Of a stretch of 55,727 nt of DNA, positions 1 to 9,253 are shown piece by piece. Source of the stretch: a virus (Duplodnaviria > Caudoviricetes); IMG/VR virus record IMGVR_UViG_3300045999_001046, positions 1 to 55,727 of that record, one strand, 5' to 3'. The notes beneath the pieces are model-generated. The model was not told the DNA's origin. It saw nothing but the letters and a program-made list of their open reading frames with translations, and did not search any database. Both the position numbers and the translations under genes were made by a program. How positions within the stretch are numbered: position 1 is the stretch's first letter; every line of letters begins with the position of its first letter.

Positions 1-1101
1 GACGAGGCGTTCAAGGAGTTGGCAAAGCACCCTGACCCACGGGTGCAAGTGCTGGTGTCCGCTCGGCTGGGGAACAAGACCACGCTGGAGGAGACCCGGA
101 CGCAACGCTTCATCGACATTGCCAAGCGCGGCAAATTGCCGGTGCCGCTTAAATATTACGCAGCCCATACAGGGCGGTGGGGTGGGGATGACAAGGTCAA
201 CCTACAGAACCTGCCAAGCCGGGGGGACAACGCAGGCAAGCTGAAGATGGCGATCTGTGCACCCAAGGGCTACGTGATGATTGATGCGGACTCCTCCCAG
301 ATTGAGGCGCGGACGCTGGCGTGGCTGGCTGGGCAGGATGACTTGGTCGAGTTCTTCGAGAAGAACAATGCAGAGATCGCTGCCGGGGTGCCGAAAAAGG
401 ACATGAAGTATGACCCGTACAAGATCATGGCGGCGCAGATTTATAACAAGCAGGTAGACCAGATCGCAGACAACGAACGGTTTGTTGGTAAAACGACAAT
501 TCTTGGGGCAGGTTACGGCATGGGCGGCGAGAAGTTCCAAGCCCAGCTAAAGACCTTCAACGTGGACATCCCGCTGGATGAATGTAAGCGAATTATCGAC
601 GTATACCGGCGCACGTACGCCAAGATACCGCAGCTATGGCAGGCAGCAAATAGCTCACTGGATGCCATGCTGACTCGACGTTTTGCTTCCGTTGGGCGGG
701 AAGGCGTGATAAAGTTTGACGCAGAGGGGTGTGGCTTTGTCCTCCCAAACGGGCTTCCTTTACGCTACGCGGAACTACGCAAGGTGTTGGATGCACAGGG
801 GCGGGCGCAGTACGAGTACAAGACTCGGATGGGCTTCACCAAGGTGTACGGCGGTAAGGTAGTGGAGAACCTATGCCAAGCACTTGCCCGATGTGTTATT
901 GCAGAACAGATGTTAAGGATCGGTAAACGGTACAAAACCGTACTTACCGTGCATGATGCCGTCGCTTGTATTGCACCGAAAGAAGAAGCTGATGTGGCGC
1001 AAGCGTATGTCGAGGACTGTATGCGATGGACGCCCAGTTGGGCAACCGGTCTACCGCTCAACTGCGAATCAGGAGTCGCTGAATCCTATGGGAAATGTTA
1101 A
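1..1101 (+). CDS. polA: DNA polymerase family A, C-terminal part (5' truncated by window)
   Basis: Frame open from base 1; motifs HTGRWGG..NLQNLP, motif A DADSSQIEAR, motif B RFVGKTTILGAGYGMG, motif C TVHDAV. Confidence 0.95.
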   Translation, partial: DEAFKELAKHPDPRVQVLVSARLGNKTTLEETRTQRFIDIAKRGKLPVPLKYYAAHTGRWGGDDKVNLQNLPSRGDNAGKLKMAICAPKGYVMIDADSSQIEARTLAWLAGQDDLVEFFEKNNAEIAAGVPKKDMKYDPYKIMAAQIYNKQVDQIADNERFVGKTTILGAGYGMGGEKFQAQLKTFNVDIPLDECKRIIDVYRRTYAKIPQLWQAANSSLDAMLTRRFASVGREGVIKFDAEGCGFVLPNGLPLRYAELRKVLDAQGRAQYEYKTRMGFTKVYGGKVVENLCQALARCVIAEQMLRIGKRYKTVLTVHDAVACIAPKEEADVAQAYVEDCMRWTPSWATGLPLNCESGVAESYGKC

Positions 1102-1306
1102 CGTGCTGACAGAAATGGTGGACTACAAGAAGGTATTTACCTTCATTAATAACGTCTGGGCAAAATCTTTGTGGGCGGTCGTAATGCTTGTGCTAGGGTT
1201 GTGGATCGGCTCAGTCAATACAGAAAGTCGTATCGCTGGTGATTGCAAATTCGCTGGTGCGTTCCGTGTGGACATTCAGGCGTTTGCTTGCCAGAGAAAA
1301 ATATGA
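1088..1306 (+). CDS. small membrane protein, unknown function
   Basis: Fills the polA-nuclease gap; one hydrophobic helix; stop overlaps next ATG (ATGA); start uncertain (1088 or 1115). Confidence 0.6.
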   Translation: MGNVNVLTEMVDYKKVFTFINNVWAKSLWAVVMLVLGLWIGSVNTESRIAGDCKFAGAFRVDIQAFACQRKI

Positions 1307-1971
1307 AGTACACGTGGTCGTACAGTAGCATCAACTTGTTCCAGCAGTGTCCGCAGAAGTACTACCGGCTGCGGATAAAAAAGGATATTGTTGAGCCACC
1401 ACAAGAGCACCTGCTGTATGGCACTGCGGTACACACTGCTGCTGAAGAATATGTACGGGACGGCAAAGAGATTCCAGCTAAGTATGCGTTCATCAAGCCG
1501 CAGCTAGATGCGTTGGTAAAAATTAAAGGCGAGAAGTACTGCGAGTACGAGATGGGGCTGACCAAGAATCTGCAACCCTGCGGGTTCAAGGCGGAAGATG
1601 TCTGGTGGCGGGGTATCGCTGACCTGATTATCATCAACGGCGATAAGTGCTTCCTTGTGGATTACAAGACAAGCAAGTCCAGCAAGTATGCGGACACAAA
1701 GCAGTTGGAGCTTCTGTCGCTGGCGATCTTCAAGCACTTCCCGCAAGTGAAGAAGATCAAGGCAGGGCTGTTGTTTTTAGTAGTGAATGACTTCGTCACC
1801 CGTGAATACGAGAACGATGAAGGTAAGGGTAAGGCGTGGCTGCAATGGCTGGATGCAACGCACACGCTGGAGACTTGCATGACAGCAAACGTGTGGAACG
1901 CAAAACCGAATTTCACCTGCAAGAATTTCTGCCCAGTGACTGACTGCATCCATAATGGAAAGGTTCACTGA
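1303..1971 (+). CDS. PD-(D/E)XK (RecB/Cas4-like) exonuclease, probable Fe-S cluster
   Basis: WSYSS..CP N-terminus, GIADL..LVDYKT, QLELL, C-terminal CKNFCPVTDC; ATGA overlap fixes start. Confidence 0.88.
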   Translation: MKYTWSYSSINLFQQCPQKYYRLRIKKDIVEPPQEHLLYGTAVHTAAEEYVRDGKEIPAKYAFIKPQLDALVKIKGEKYCEYEMGLTKNLQPCGFKAEDVWWRGIADLIIINGDKCFLVDYKTSKSSKYADTKQLELLSLAIFKHFPQVKKIKAGLLFLVVNDFVTREYENDEGKGKAWLQWLDATHTLETCMTANVWNAKPNFTCKNFCPVTDCIHNGKVH

Positions 1972-1972
1972 T

Positions 1973-2227
1973 ATGCCGTACACTAAATCTCCTCGGCCTT
2001 ACAAGCACGAGTACGAAATGCAAAAGAAGCGAGGCGAGAATCCTGATCGAATGGAACGCCAACGTGCCCGTAGGAAGCTGGACAAGGAAGGTGTCAGCCG
2101 TAAAGGCAAAGACATTGACCACGTCAAGATGTTGAGCAAAGGCGGTAGCAACGCTGACGGAATTAGATTAGTATCACCTTCTAAGAACCGTGCACGTAAT
2201 GGGCACAAGAAGGGCGAGAAGAAGTAA
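1973..2227 (+). CDS. small HNH-type endonuclease
   Basis: DIDHVKMLSKGGSN...NRARN; basic N-terminus. Confidence 0.7.
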   Translation: MPYTKSPRPYKHEYEMQKKRGENPDRMERQRARRKLDKEGVSRKGKDIDHVKMLSKGGSNADGIRLVSPSKNRARNGHKKGEKK

Positions 2228-2370
2228 AGCTTTACGGGCGAACGGCTACAAGGTCTTTTGATCAACCGTGTCGTCAAGGATATACGGGTAGTTTAGTAGC
2301 CCACCAAAATTTGAAACGCAGCAGGCTATTGTGAAAACTTCACTTTAGCCTGTTCCCCCTTGGAGCAAGC

Positions 2371-3933
2371 ATGCAAATCATCGAAGACAAAGCACTGTTA
2401 CTAAAAGTGCGGCATCCGGAACGGATCACGGAAGTGATACCGAAGAGCAAAGTACTAAACAACGGCGAGGTGCTGGTCAAGTGGGGGCTGGAGGAAGCGC
2501 AGGTGCTGAAGAACTTGCGTATCAAGAATGTGCCGTCACCCATCATGTCGCACTACCACTGGCCCGGCCTGTACCGTCCGTTCGATCACCAGAAAGAAAC
2601 CGCATCATTTTTGACACTGCACCGGAGAGCATTTTGTTTTAACGAACAGGGCACCGGTAAGACAGGCAGTGTGATCTGGGCGGCGGACTATCTGATGTCG
2701 CTAGGCCACATACGTAGAGTGCTTGTCCTGTGTCCGCTGTCGATCATGCAGTCGGCTTGGCAGAATGATTTGTTCAGGTTCGCCATGCACCGCACGGTGG
2801 CGATTGCCCACAGCCACTCCCGCCAGAAAAGAATCGATGCGGTGTGCAGCGATGCGGAGTTCGTCATCTGTAACTTTGACGGGTTGGACATCATCAAGGA
2901 CGCGATAAAAGAAAACGAATTTGATCTCATCGTCGTTGATGAAGCCAACGCATACAAAACAGTTTCCACGAAACGGTGGAAGGTGCTGAACCAAATACTG
3001 ACACCCAGCACATGGGTCTGGATGATGACGGGCACCCCTGCTTCGCAGTCCCCCACGGACGCATACGGGCTGGCGCGGATCGTCAACCCATCGTCGGTGC
3101 CTAAGTTCTTTGGGTCGTTCCGGGACATGGTGATGCAGAAGATCACCACCTTCAAGTATGTGCCACGCCCACAGGCAGAGTCTATTGTGCATAACGTGCT
3201 ACAGCCAGCGATCAGGTACACCAAGGAGGAATGTCTTGACCTGCCGGAGATGACATACACCACCCGTAACATACCGCTCACCCCTCAGCAGATGAAGTAT
3301 TACGAGACGCTGCGTAAGCACATGGTGGCGGTCGCTGCCGGGGAAGAGATCACAACAGTCAACGCCGCTGCCAGCCTGAACAAACTCCTACAACTTTCTT
3401 GTGGTGCAGTGTACTCTGATAGTGGAGAGGTCGTTGCCTTCGATGCATCTAATCGCATTGCAGCATTGAAAGAAGTTATCGATGAAGCTACACACAAGGT
3501 GATTGTATTCGCCCCCTATAAACATAGCATTCATATAATTAGCGAAGAGCTAAAGAAGTCTGGCTACACCTGTGAGGTAATTAGCGGAGATGTATCTGTT
3601 GGCAAGCGCACTGAAATCTTTGCCAAATTCCAAACAGAACCTGACCCAAAAGTTCTGGTAATCCAGCCACAAGCGGCCTCGCATGGTGTAACCTTAACTG
3701 CTGCCAACGTGATTGTGTACTGGTCGCCCGTCATGAGCGTGGAGACCTACCTGCAAGCTAACGCACGAACCCACCGTGCTGGGCAACGCAACCCCTGTAC
3801 CGTAGTTCACCTGCAAGGCTCCCCCGTAGAGAAACGTATGTACGCCATGCTGGAGGCGAAGATTGATATTCACTCCCGTGTGGTCGATCTATATAAAAAT
3901 TTCCTTGATCCTCTTGACAGTGTCAAAGAATAG
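2371..3933 (+). CDS. SNF2-family (SF2) DNA helicase
   Basis: NEQGTGKT, VVDEAN, MTGTP, HGVTLTAA, QANARTHRAGQ motifs. Confidence 0.92.
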   Translation: MQIIEDKALLLKVRHPERITEVIPKSKVLNNGEVLVKWGLEEAQVLKNLRIKNVPSPIMSHYHWPGLYRPFDHQKETASFLTLHRRAFCFNEQGTGKTGSVIWAADYLMSLGHIRRVLVLCPLSIMQSAWQNDLFRFAMHRTVAIAHSHSRQKRIDAVCSDAEFVICNFDGLDIIKDAIKENEFDLIVVDEANAYKTVSTKRWKVLNQILTPSTWVWMMTGTPASQSPTDAYGLARIVNPSSVPKFFGSFRDMVMQKITTFKYVPRPQAESIVHNVLQPAIRYTKEECLDLPEMTYTTRNIPLTPQQMKYYETLRKHMVAVAAGEEITTVNAAASLNKLLQLSCGAVYSDSGEVVAFDASNRIAALKEVIDEATHKVIVFAPYKHSIHIISEELKKSGYTCEVISGDVSVGKRTEIFAKFQTEPDPKVLVIQPQAASHGVTLTAANVIVYWSPVMSVETYLQANARTHRAGQRNPCTVVHLQGSPVEKRMYAMLEAKIDIHSRVVDLYKNFLDPLDSVKE

Positions 3934-3942
3934 TTCTAATCT
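3914..3942 (+). promoter_or_regulatory. sigma70-like promoter; -35 lies within a 13-bp palindrome
   Basis: TTGACA-17 bp-TAATCT; TTGACAGTGTCAA at 3914-3926. Confidence 0.6.
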
Positions 3943-3970
3943 GTAGCCGTAGTTACCCTTGGAGATCGAC

Positions 3971-4387
3971 ATGACTGAAGAAGCACTAGCAGAGGTGCCT
4001 GTCATCCCAACTGACAAGCTGGTGAAAGCGTACATCAAGATACGTGATGCCCGTAAGACGTTGGCTGACAAGTACGAGAAAGAAGACGCTGACCTCAAAG
4101 AGTCGCTGGAAGCAATCGAAAGCCAGCTTCTCGAAGCATGCAAAGTGGTCGGTAGTGACAGCTTACGAACACCATTCGGTACGGTCAGCCGCCGTGTATT
4201 AAAACGGTTCTGGACAAACGATTGGCATTCGTTCCACGAGTTCTTGAAGGAGCACGAAGCCTTGGAGTTACTGGAGAAGCGAATCTCGCAATCCAACATG
4301 GCTACGTTTCTTGAAGAAAACCCTGACCTGCATCCGCCGGGACTTAACGTAGATTCAAGATACGCCGTTGTTGTGAGGAGAAAATAA
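3971..4387 (+). CDS. conserved phage replication-module protein (coiled coil + beta domain)
   Basis: SD GGAGA at 3961; typical position between helicase and SSB. Confidence 0.75.
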   Translation: MTEEALAEVPVIPTDKLVKAYIKIRDARKTLADKYEKEDADLKESLEAIESQLLEACKVVGSDSLRTPFGTVSRRVLKRFWTNDWHSFHEFLKEHEALELLEKRISQSNMATFLEENPDLHPPGLNVDSRYAVVVRRK

Positions 4388-4914
4388 TGAAATGGGTGCC
4401 TTTAGATTGGATCAGCTCAAAGTATGAAGTGTCTGATACTGGAATGGTACAGAGTTTAGCTAAAGGCATTCCACGAATGTTAAAACCTCACCGAGATAGG
4501 TATGGATATTTACGTGTTGCGCTGCAGACATCAGAAGGAGAAAGAAAATTTTACGTTCATCGTTTAGTTCTTCGGGCGTTTACTAAAGTTGAGGGGGCGC
4601 AATGCAATCATAAAGATGGAAACAAAACTAATAATGTCATTACTAACCTTGAATGGTGTAGTGCATCGGAAAATGTAGCCCACGCGTATCGAGAACTAAA
4701 ACGCCCGCATTCCCGTAATAATTTAGGAAAATTTGGGGGGTTACACCCGTGCCATATCGAAGTTATTCAAATGCTTGAAGATGGAACAGTTGTAAAAATA
4801 TGGGGGTCTTTGTCAGATGCTGCCAGACAAGGATTTAGCCGACAATGCATAGGGCACGTTTGTAATGGACGTCAACTTACGCATAAAGGATTTAAGTGGC
4901 AGTATGTAGTCTAA
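4387..4914 (+). CDS. NUMOD4-HNH homing endonuclease with C-terminal NUMOD1-like domain
   Basis: YEVSDTGMVQS, YVHRLV, CNHKDGNKTNN..NLEW, HKGFKWQY; visibly more AT-rich than its neighbours. Confidence 0.88.
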   Translation: MKWVPLDWISSKYEVSDTGMVQSLAKGIPRMLKPHRDRYGYLRVALQTSEGERKFYVHRLVLRAFTKVEGAQCNHKDGNKTNNVITNLEWCSASENVAHAYRELKRPHSRNNLGKFGGLHPCHIEVIQMLEDGTVVKIWGSLSDAARQGFSRQCIGHVCNGRQLTHKGFKWQYVV

Positions 4915-4931
4915 TTACAAGGAGAAAGACA

Positions 4932-5813
4932 ATGAGCGAACTTGCTCTATTTAATCAGAATCTTCCCGCACACTTGCGTAACGCGGAGATGGATGAAACA
5001 ACCAAAGCCCTGATGGGTAGTGGCGGCGGTGGCAGCAAGCGCATCTCTATCGAGGGCGGCGTTTGGCGCATGATGGTCAACGGCAAGGAAGTTGCACAGA
5101 ACGAAGACCGTGCAATGAACGTAGTCATCGTTGCGGCTGCACAGAAAGTCTCGCGTATCTTCTACGCAGGCACCTACAAGAAAGGCGTTATCAGCGCCCC
5201 GGATTGCTGGTCACCTGATGGCGAAGTGCCAGATGCCAAAGCCAAGAACCCACAGAGCAAATCGTGCGCTACCTGCCCACAGAACGTAAAAGGTTCGGGC
5301 AACGGCGATACACGTGCATGCCGCTTCCAGCAGCGTCTGGCTGTGGTGTTGGAGAACGATGTTGCGGGTGATGTGTACCAGCTTGCACTGCCATCCACAT
5401 CGATCTTCGGTGCAGGCGAGAATGGCAAGTGGCCTCTGCAAACCTACGCCAAGATGATCGCAAGCAAGGGTGTGCCTATTACGTCCGTCGTAACAGAGAT
5501 GCGCTTCGACACTAGCAGCTCGACACCGAAGCTGACGTTCAAGCCAGTACGTTATCTGGAGACGGATGACTTCAACACCGCGCTGGAGCAGGGCAAGTCC
5601 TTGGCAGCTATCAATGCAATCACCATGACTGTCGCGCAGACTGATGGCGTTAAGGATGACGGCGAGGAGTTCGAACAAAAAGCACCCGCTGCCAAAGTCG
5701 AAGCAGCACCTGCGGAAGTGCCGGAGCCTACTAAACGCGCAAGCAAGAAGGAGGAAGCCCCAGCACCCAAGAAGGACGTAAGCAAAATCCTCGAAGAGTG
5801 GGATGATGAGTAA
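4932..5813 (+). CDS. single-stranded DNA-binding/annealing-like protein
   Basis: SD AAGGAG; PDCWS..CATCPQN..ACR Cys cluster; acidic C-terminus EEWDDE; genomic context. Confidence 0.6.
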   Translation: MSELALFNQNLPAHLRNAEMDETTKALMGSGGGGSKRISIEGGVWRMMVNGKEVAQNEDRAMNVVIVAAAQKVSRIFYAGTYKKGVISAPDCWSPDGEVPDAKAKNPQSKSCATCPQNVKGSGNGDTRACRFQQRLAVVLENDVAGDVYQLALPSTSIFGAGENGKWPLQTYAKMIASKGVPITSVVTEMRFDTSSSTPKLTFKPVRYLETDDFNTALEQGKSLAAINAITMTVAQTDGVKDDGEEFEQKAPAAKVEAAPAEVPEPTKRASKKEEAPAPKKDVSKILEEWDDE

Positions 5814-6048
5814 CGGGTACGCATCCCGGTTTATTAAAGCTGTGAATTCAGCGGACACCAACAAGCTTGGTGTCCAGCTTGGCAACCTGTGCATAGAAAA
5901 CGATATACCAGCACAGGACGTGGCGGAGCACTTTGGAGTAACTCGCACCACGATATACAACTGGTTCAAAGGGCTGACGAATGTCCCGCCCGCGCATCAG
6001 GAAATTGTTGCCAAGGCTATCAAAGTGCTGCTGGATAAACGGAAATAG
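5803..6048 (+). CDS. XRE/Cro-like helix-turn-helix protein
   Basis: AQDVAEHFGVTRTTIYNWFKG HTH signature. Confidence 0.85.
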   Translation: MMSNGYASRFIKAVNSADTNKLGVQLGNLCIENDIPAQDVAEHFGVTRTTIYNWFKGLTNVPPAHQEIVAKAIKVLLDKRK

Positions 6049-6141
6049 CGCAGGTTTGGGGGGCTAGGGCGCGCACCCGAAGAGGGTAGTTGCCGTCACT
6101 ATCCCTGCCCACCCATTTTTAAAAGACGGCTTGGGGCGGCT

Positions 6142-9003
6142 ATGCTTACGAGGACAGACTTCCTGTCTTTAGTTTTACCACCTACGGGGCACTATTGCGT
6201 AGTGGGGCTAAAGAAGGATGCAAAACCAAAACAAATATTCGTGTCGTCAATAGAGGAGATTGATCTCTATGCGGATGCGCTGGTGCATAAAGGGTACGAC
6301 GCGTACTTTGCACTTGCTTCGTTCACTGAAGATACGGGACGGACTGCTGCCAATGCAGCACAACTAAATTCTTTCTTTCTCGATCTCGATTGCGGTCTTG
6401 GTAAGCCTTATGCTGACCAAGCGGATGGTATTGCTGCGCTCAAAGAGTTCGTGAAAAAAGTTGGTATGCCAAAGCCAACTGCGATTGTGAACTCCGGACG
6501 TGGGGTGCATGCGTACTGGGTAGTAGAGCAGCCTATCGAGAAAGCCGAGTGGCGTGGATTAGCGGAAGGTCTCAAGGCACTGTGCACGGCGCACAACCTG
6601 CATGCTGACCCAGCAGTCACCGCTGACGTTGCGCGTATCTTGCGTATACCAAACACGCTGAACTTTAAGAACCCGGATGACCCGTCACCCGTGAAGCTTG
6701 TCATGGCTGGGTCTCGCGTAGGTATAGAGGCGCTGCGCGATAAGTTCGTGGCGAATGAACTACACATCCCCGGCGAGAAACCGTTTCAGCGGGAGATGGA
6801 CCCGACTACGCTGGCACTGCTGGGCAACTATCAGTCCAAGTTCAAGACCATCCTGATCAAATCAGTACAAGGAGAAGGCTGTGCTCAGATTGCGCACATT
6901 TATCAAAATCAGGACTCCGTGGAGGAACCGCTATGGAGGGCAGGCTTATCGATTGCTCACCACTGCGCCGACGCAGCAAAAGCCATTCATATCCTCTCGA
7001 ACAAACATCCGGAATATGATGCGCGTACAACTGAAAAGAAAGCAGCGCAGACCAAAGGTCCATACACTTGCGAGACCTTTAAAAAGCTATCACCTGCGTT
7101 ATGCGAGGGCTGTACGGTCAAGGTTACCTCTCCTATACAAATCGGACGAGAAGTTATCCACCCCGACGAAAATGCGGATGACCCGGTTGTACAGGACGTT
7201 GAGCCTGTTACCCAAGAAGTGCGTCAGTACACGATACCTAAATACCCTTTTCCTTTCTTTCGTGGGAACGTAGGTGGTATCTATTTACAGGTAGAACCGA
7301 AGAAGAACAAAGACGGCACCGTAGAAAGCATGGAAGACATACTAGTTTTCCCGCATGACTTCTATGTTGTGAAGCGACTGCACGATCCTGAAGAAGGTGA
7401 GTGCATCATGATGCGACTGCATTTACCAAAAGACGGTGTGCGTGAGTTCATCATGCCGCTGCGGGAAGTCATATCCAAAGACAGATTCATGGGCGAGATT
7501 GCCAAGCATGGTGTGGCGATCATCGGTAAAAAACAGGAGGCAATGATGTTATACACCACCCGCTGGGTTGAGGAGCTTCAGGCAATCGGCAAAGCTGAGA
7601 TTGCTCGAAAGCAGTTTGGTTGGTTGTCAGATAACAGCGCGTTTATTCTGGGCGATAAAGAAGTCCGGCACGATGCTATTGAGTACAGTCCGCCTTCCGC
7701 TGCGACACTACCTTTGATACCTGCGTTTGGTGTGCGCGGTGACTTCCACGTGTGGAAAGATGTGGTCAACCATTACCGGCATCCCGGCATGGAGCTTCGT
7801 GCATTGGCACTCTTTATGGGTTTTGGTGGGCCGCTGATGAAGTTCGTGGCAGGCGGTGCGCTGAATGGGTTCCTGCTGAATCTGGTCAGTAAAGAAGGCG
7901 GCACCGGTAAATCAACGCTGCTGCAAGCAATCAATAGTATCTACGGCAACCCTGATGCGCTGATGATGTCCTACAAGGATACGCACAACTTCCGCTTGCA
8001 GCGGTTTGGCAGCATGCAGAACATCACCGCGACGATTGACGAGCTGACCAATATGAAGCCGGAGATGATGTCCGATCTGGTGTACGACATTACATCAGGT
8101 AAAGGTAAAGGCCGGATGTCCGCCAAAGCCAACGTGGAGCGGGTTAACAATACGACATGGCAGCTACCGGTGGTCTCTTCCTCCAACAAGGTGATCCGGG
8201 ACGCGCTGCTGTCGATCAAGTCTTTCCCCGAACCGGAACTGTTGCGCATACTGGAGGCAAATTTAGCTATTGATAGTTCGCTCGATGCAGTGCAGGCCAA
8301 GCAGCACTTTGGCAGGTTGCCAAGCAACTACGGACACGCAATCATCCCCTACATCCAACACGTACAAAGTGACTTACCTGCGATGATTGAATTGTTGAAT
8401 GGTGTGAACGAAAAGTTAGACCGGGCGGCAGGCATCATGGGCAACGAGCGGTTCTGGTCTGCCGGTATGGCGATTGGCCTGACAGGCGGCATCATCGCGG
8501 CTCGGTTGGGGTTGCACGACATTCCGGTCAAGCCGGTGATGGACTGCGCGGTGCAGTTGATTCAGAACAGCCGCCGCAGTAACAAGGAGTCAATGTTCGA
8601 CAGTGAAGATTTCCTTGGCGCGTTCCTACAGCGGCACTTCCACGAGATTCTGGTGATCAACGGGTCGAAGGACAACAAGACTGGGCTGGAGCATGCGCCC
8701 ATCCGGGAACCCCGTGGCCCACTAACCGTACGGTATGAGCCAGATACCAAGCTGTTATTTGTGTCGGTACGCCCGTACCGGGAAGATTGCAGCAAGTATT
8801 CGATGAGCTATGACGGGTCGCTGGAGCCGTACCAGAAGGCTGGGGCTTTCCTTGGAATGAAGCGCAAGCGGATGTTTGCAGGCACGATTACCAATACTGC
8901 GCAGAATGTACACGCGCTGGTGTTCGATGCTTCGAAGCTGGACTTTTTTAATGAGGATGTCCTGCTAAATGCTCCGGATTCTATCCCTTCCGATTTCGAT
9001 TGA
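6142..9003 (+). CDS. primase-helicase fusion (AEP/RepB-like primase + DUF927-type P-loop helicase)
   Basis: FLDLDC and NSGRGVHAYW primase motifs, RILRIPNT, Cys cluster, GGTGKST Walker A, TIDELT Walker B. Confidence 0.85.
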   Translation: MLTRTDFLSLVLPPTGHYCVVGLKKDAKPKQIFVSSIEEIDLYADALVHKGYDAYFALASFTEDTGRTAANAAQLNSFFLDLDCGLGKPYADQADGIAALKEFVKKVGMPKPTAIVNSGRGVHAYWVVEQPIEKAEWRGLAEGLKALCTAHNLHADPAVTADVARILRIPNTLNFKNPDDPSPVKLVMAGSRVGIEALRDKFVANELHIPGEKPFQREMDPTTLALLGNYQSKFKTILIKSVQGEGCAQIAHIYQNQDSVEEPLWRAGLSIAHHCADAAKAIHILSNKHPEYDARTTEKKAAQTKGPYTCETFKKLSPALCEGCTVKVTSPIQIGREVIHPDENADDPVVQDVEPVTQEVRQYTIPKYPFPFFRGNVGGIYLQVEPKKNKDGTVESMEDILVFPHDFYVVKRLHDPEEGECIMMRLHLPKDGVREFIMPLREVISKDRFMGEIAKHGVAIIGKKQEAMMLYTTRWVEELQAIGKAEIARKQFGWLSDNSAFILGDKEVRHDAIEYSPPSAATLPLIPAFGVRGDFHVWKDVVNHYRHPGMELRALALFMGFGGPLMKFVAGGALNGFLLNLVSKEGGTGKSTLLQAINSIYGNPDALMMSYKDTHNFRLQRFGSMQNITATIDELTNMKPEMMSDLVYDITSGKGKGRMSAKANVERVNNTTWQLPVVSSSNKVIRDALLSIKSFPEPELLRILEANLAIDSSLDAVQAKQHFGRLPSNYGHAIIPYIQHVQSDLPAMIELLNGVNEKLDRAAGIMGNERFWSAGMAIGLTGGIIAARLGLHDIPVKPVMDCAVQLIQNSRRSNKESMFDSEDFLGAFLQRHFHEILVINGSKDNKTGLEHAPIREPRGPLTVRYEPDTKLLFVSVRPYREDCSKYSMSYDGSLEPYQKAGAFLGMKRKRMFAGTITNTAQNVHALVFDASKLDFFNEDVLLNAPDSIPSDFD

Positions 9004-9169
9004 TTGGAAGAACTTCCGCCCGGATACCTCGATCTTCATACCCTGTCTGGATTACCGCCCAGTGCAGGAGTTTGTGGAGACTGAGGCTACCCGGCTGCGG
9101 ATGCAAGTTGTTTGCAAACGGGTAATAGAAAACCGTAAGTACGGATTGCGTGTCTGGAGATTGGCATGA
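8969..9169 (+). CDS. small conserved phage protein
   Basis: SD GAGGA; SIFIPC...YGLRVWR pattern; followed by promoter and terminator. Confidence 0.7.
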   Translation: MLRILSLPISIDWKNFRPDTSIFIPCLDYRPVQEFVETEATRLRMQVVCKRVIENRKYGLRVWRLA

Positions 9170-9175
9170 TATGCT
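9146..9175 (+). promoter_or_regulatory. extended -10 promoter for the candidate sRNA
   Basis: TTGCGT (9146-9151), 18 bp, TG-a-TATGCT (9167-9175). Confidence 0.5.
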
Positions 9176-9181
9176 TGGCGC

Positions 9182-9253
9182 ACTCACTGCTTTCTCCAAG
9201 GGAAGTTGAGTTCGCCCCCGTGTGCTTCTCCCCTTTGCACCGGGGGCTTTTTT
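9182..9253 (+). ncRNA. candidate two-hairpin anti-Shine-Dalgarno small RNA
   Basis: Non-coding; hairpin 1 ACUCA...UGAGU carries UUUCUCCAAGGG, the reverse complement of the CCCTTGGAGAAA RBS motif; hairpin 2 is the terminator with loop UUCUCCCCUUU. Confidence 0.5.
9214..9253 (+). terminator. Rho-independent terminator at the convergence of the replication and late modules
   Basis: GCCCCCG-TGTGC...GCAC-CGGGGGC followed by T6. Confidence 0.85.

Noticed and set aside
1303-1971. Cas4 / CRISPR adaptation gene
   Set aside because: Stand-alone PD-(D/E)XK exonuclease in a standard phage replication module; no array or cas1.
8981-9199. Minus-strand ORF using CCCTTGGAGAAA as its own RBS
   Set aside because: Fully antisense to a plausible gene and the primase end, with no recognisable protein features; promoter and U-tract point to the plus strand. 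Kept only as the alternative to the sRNA model.
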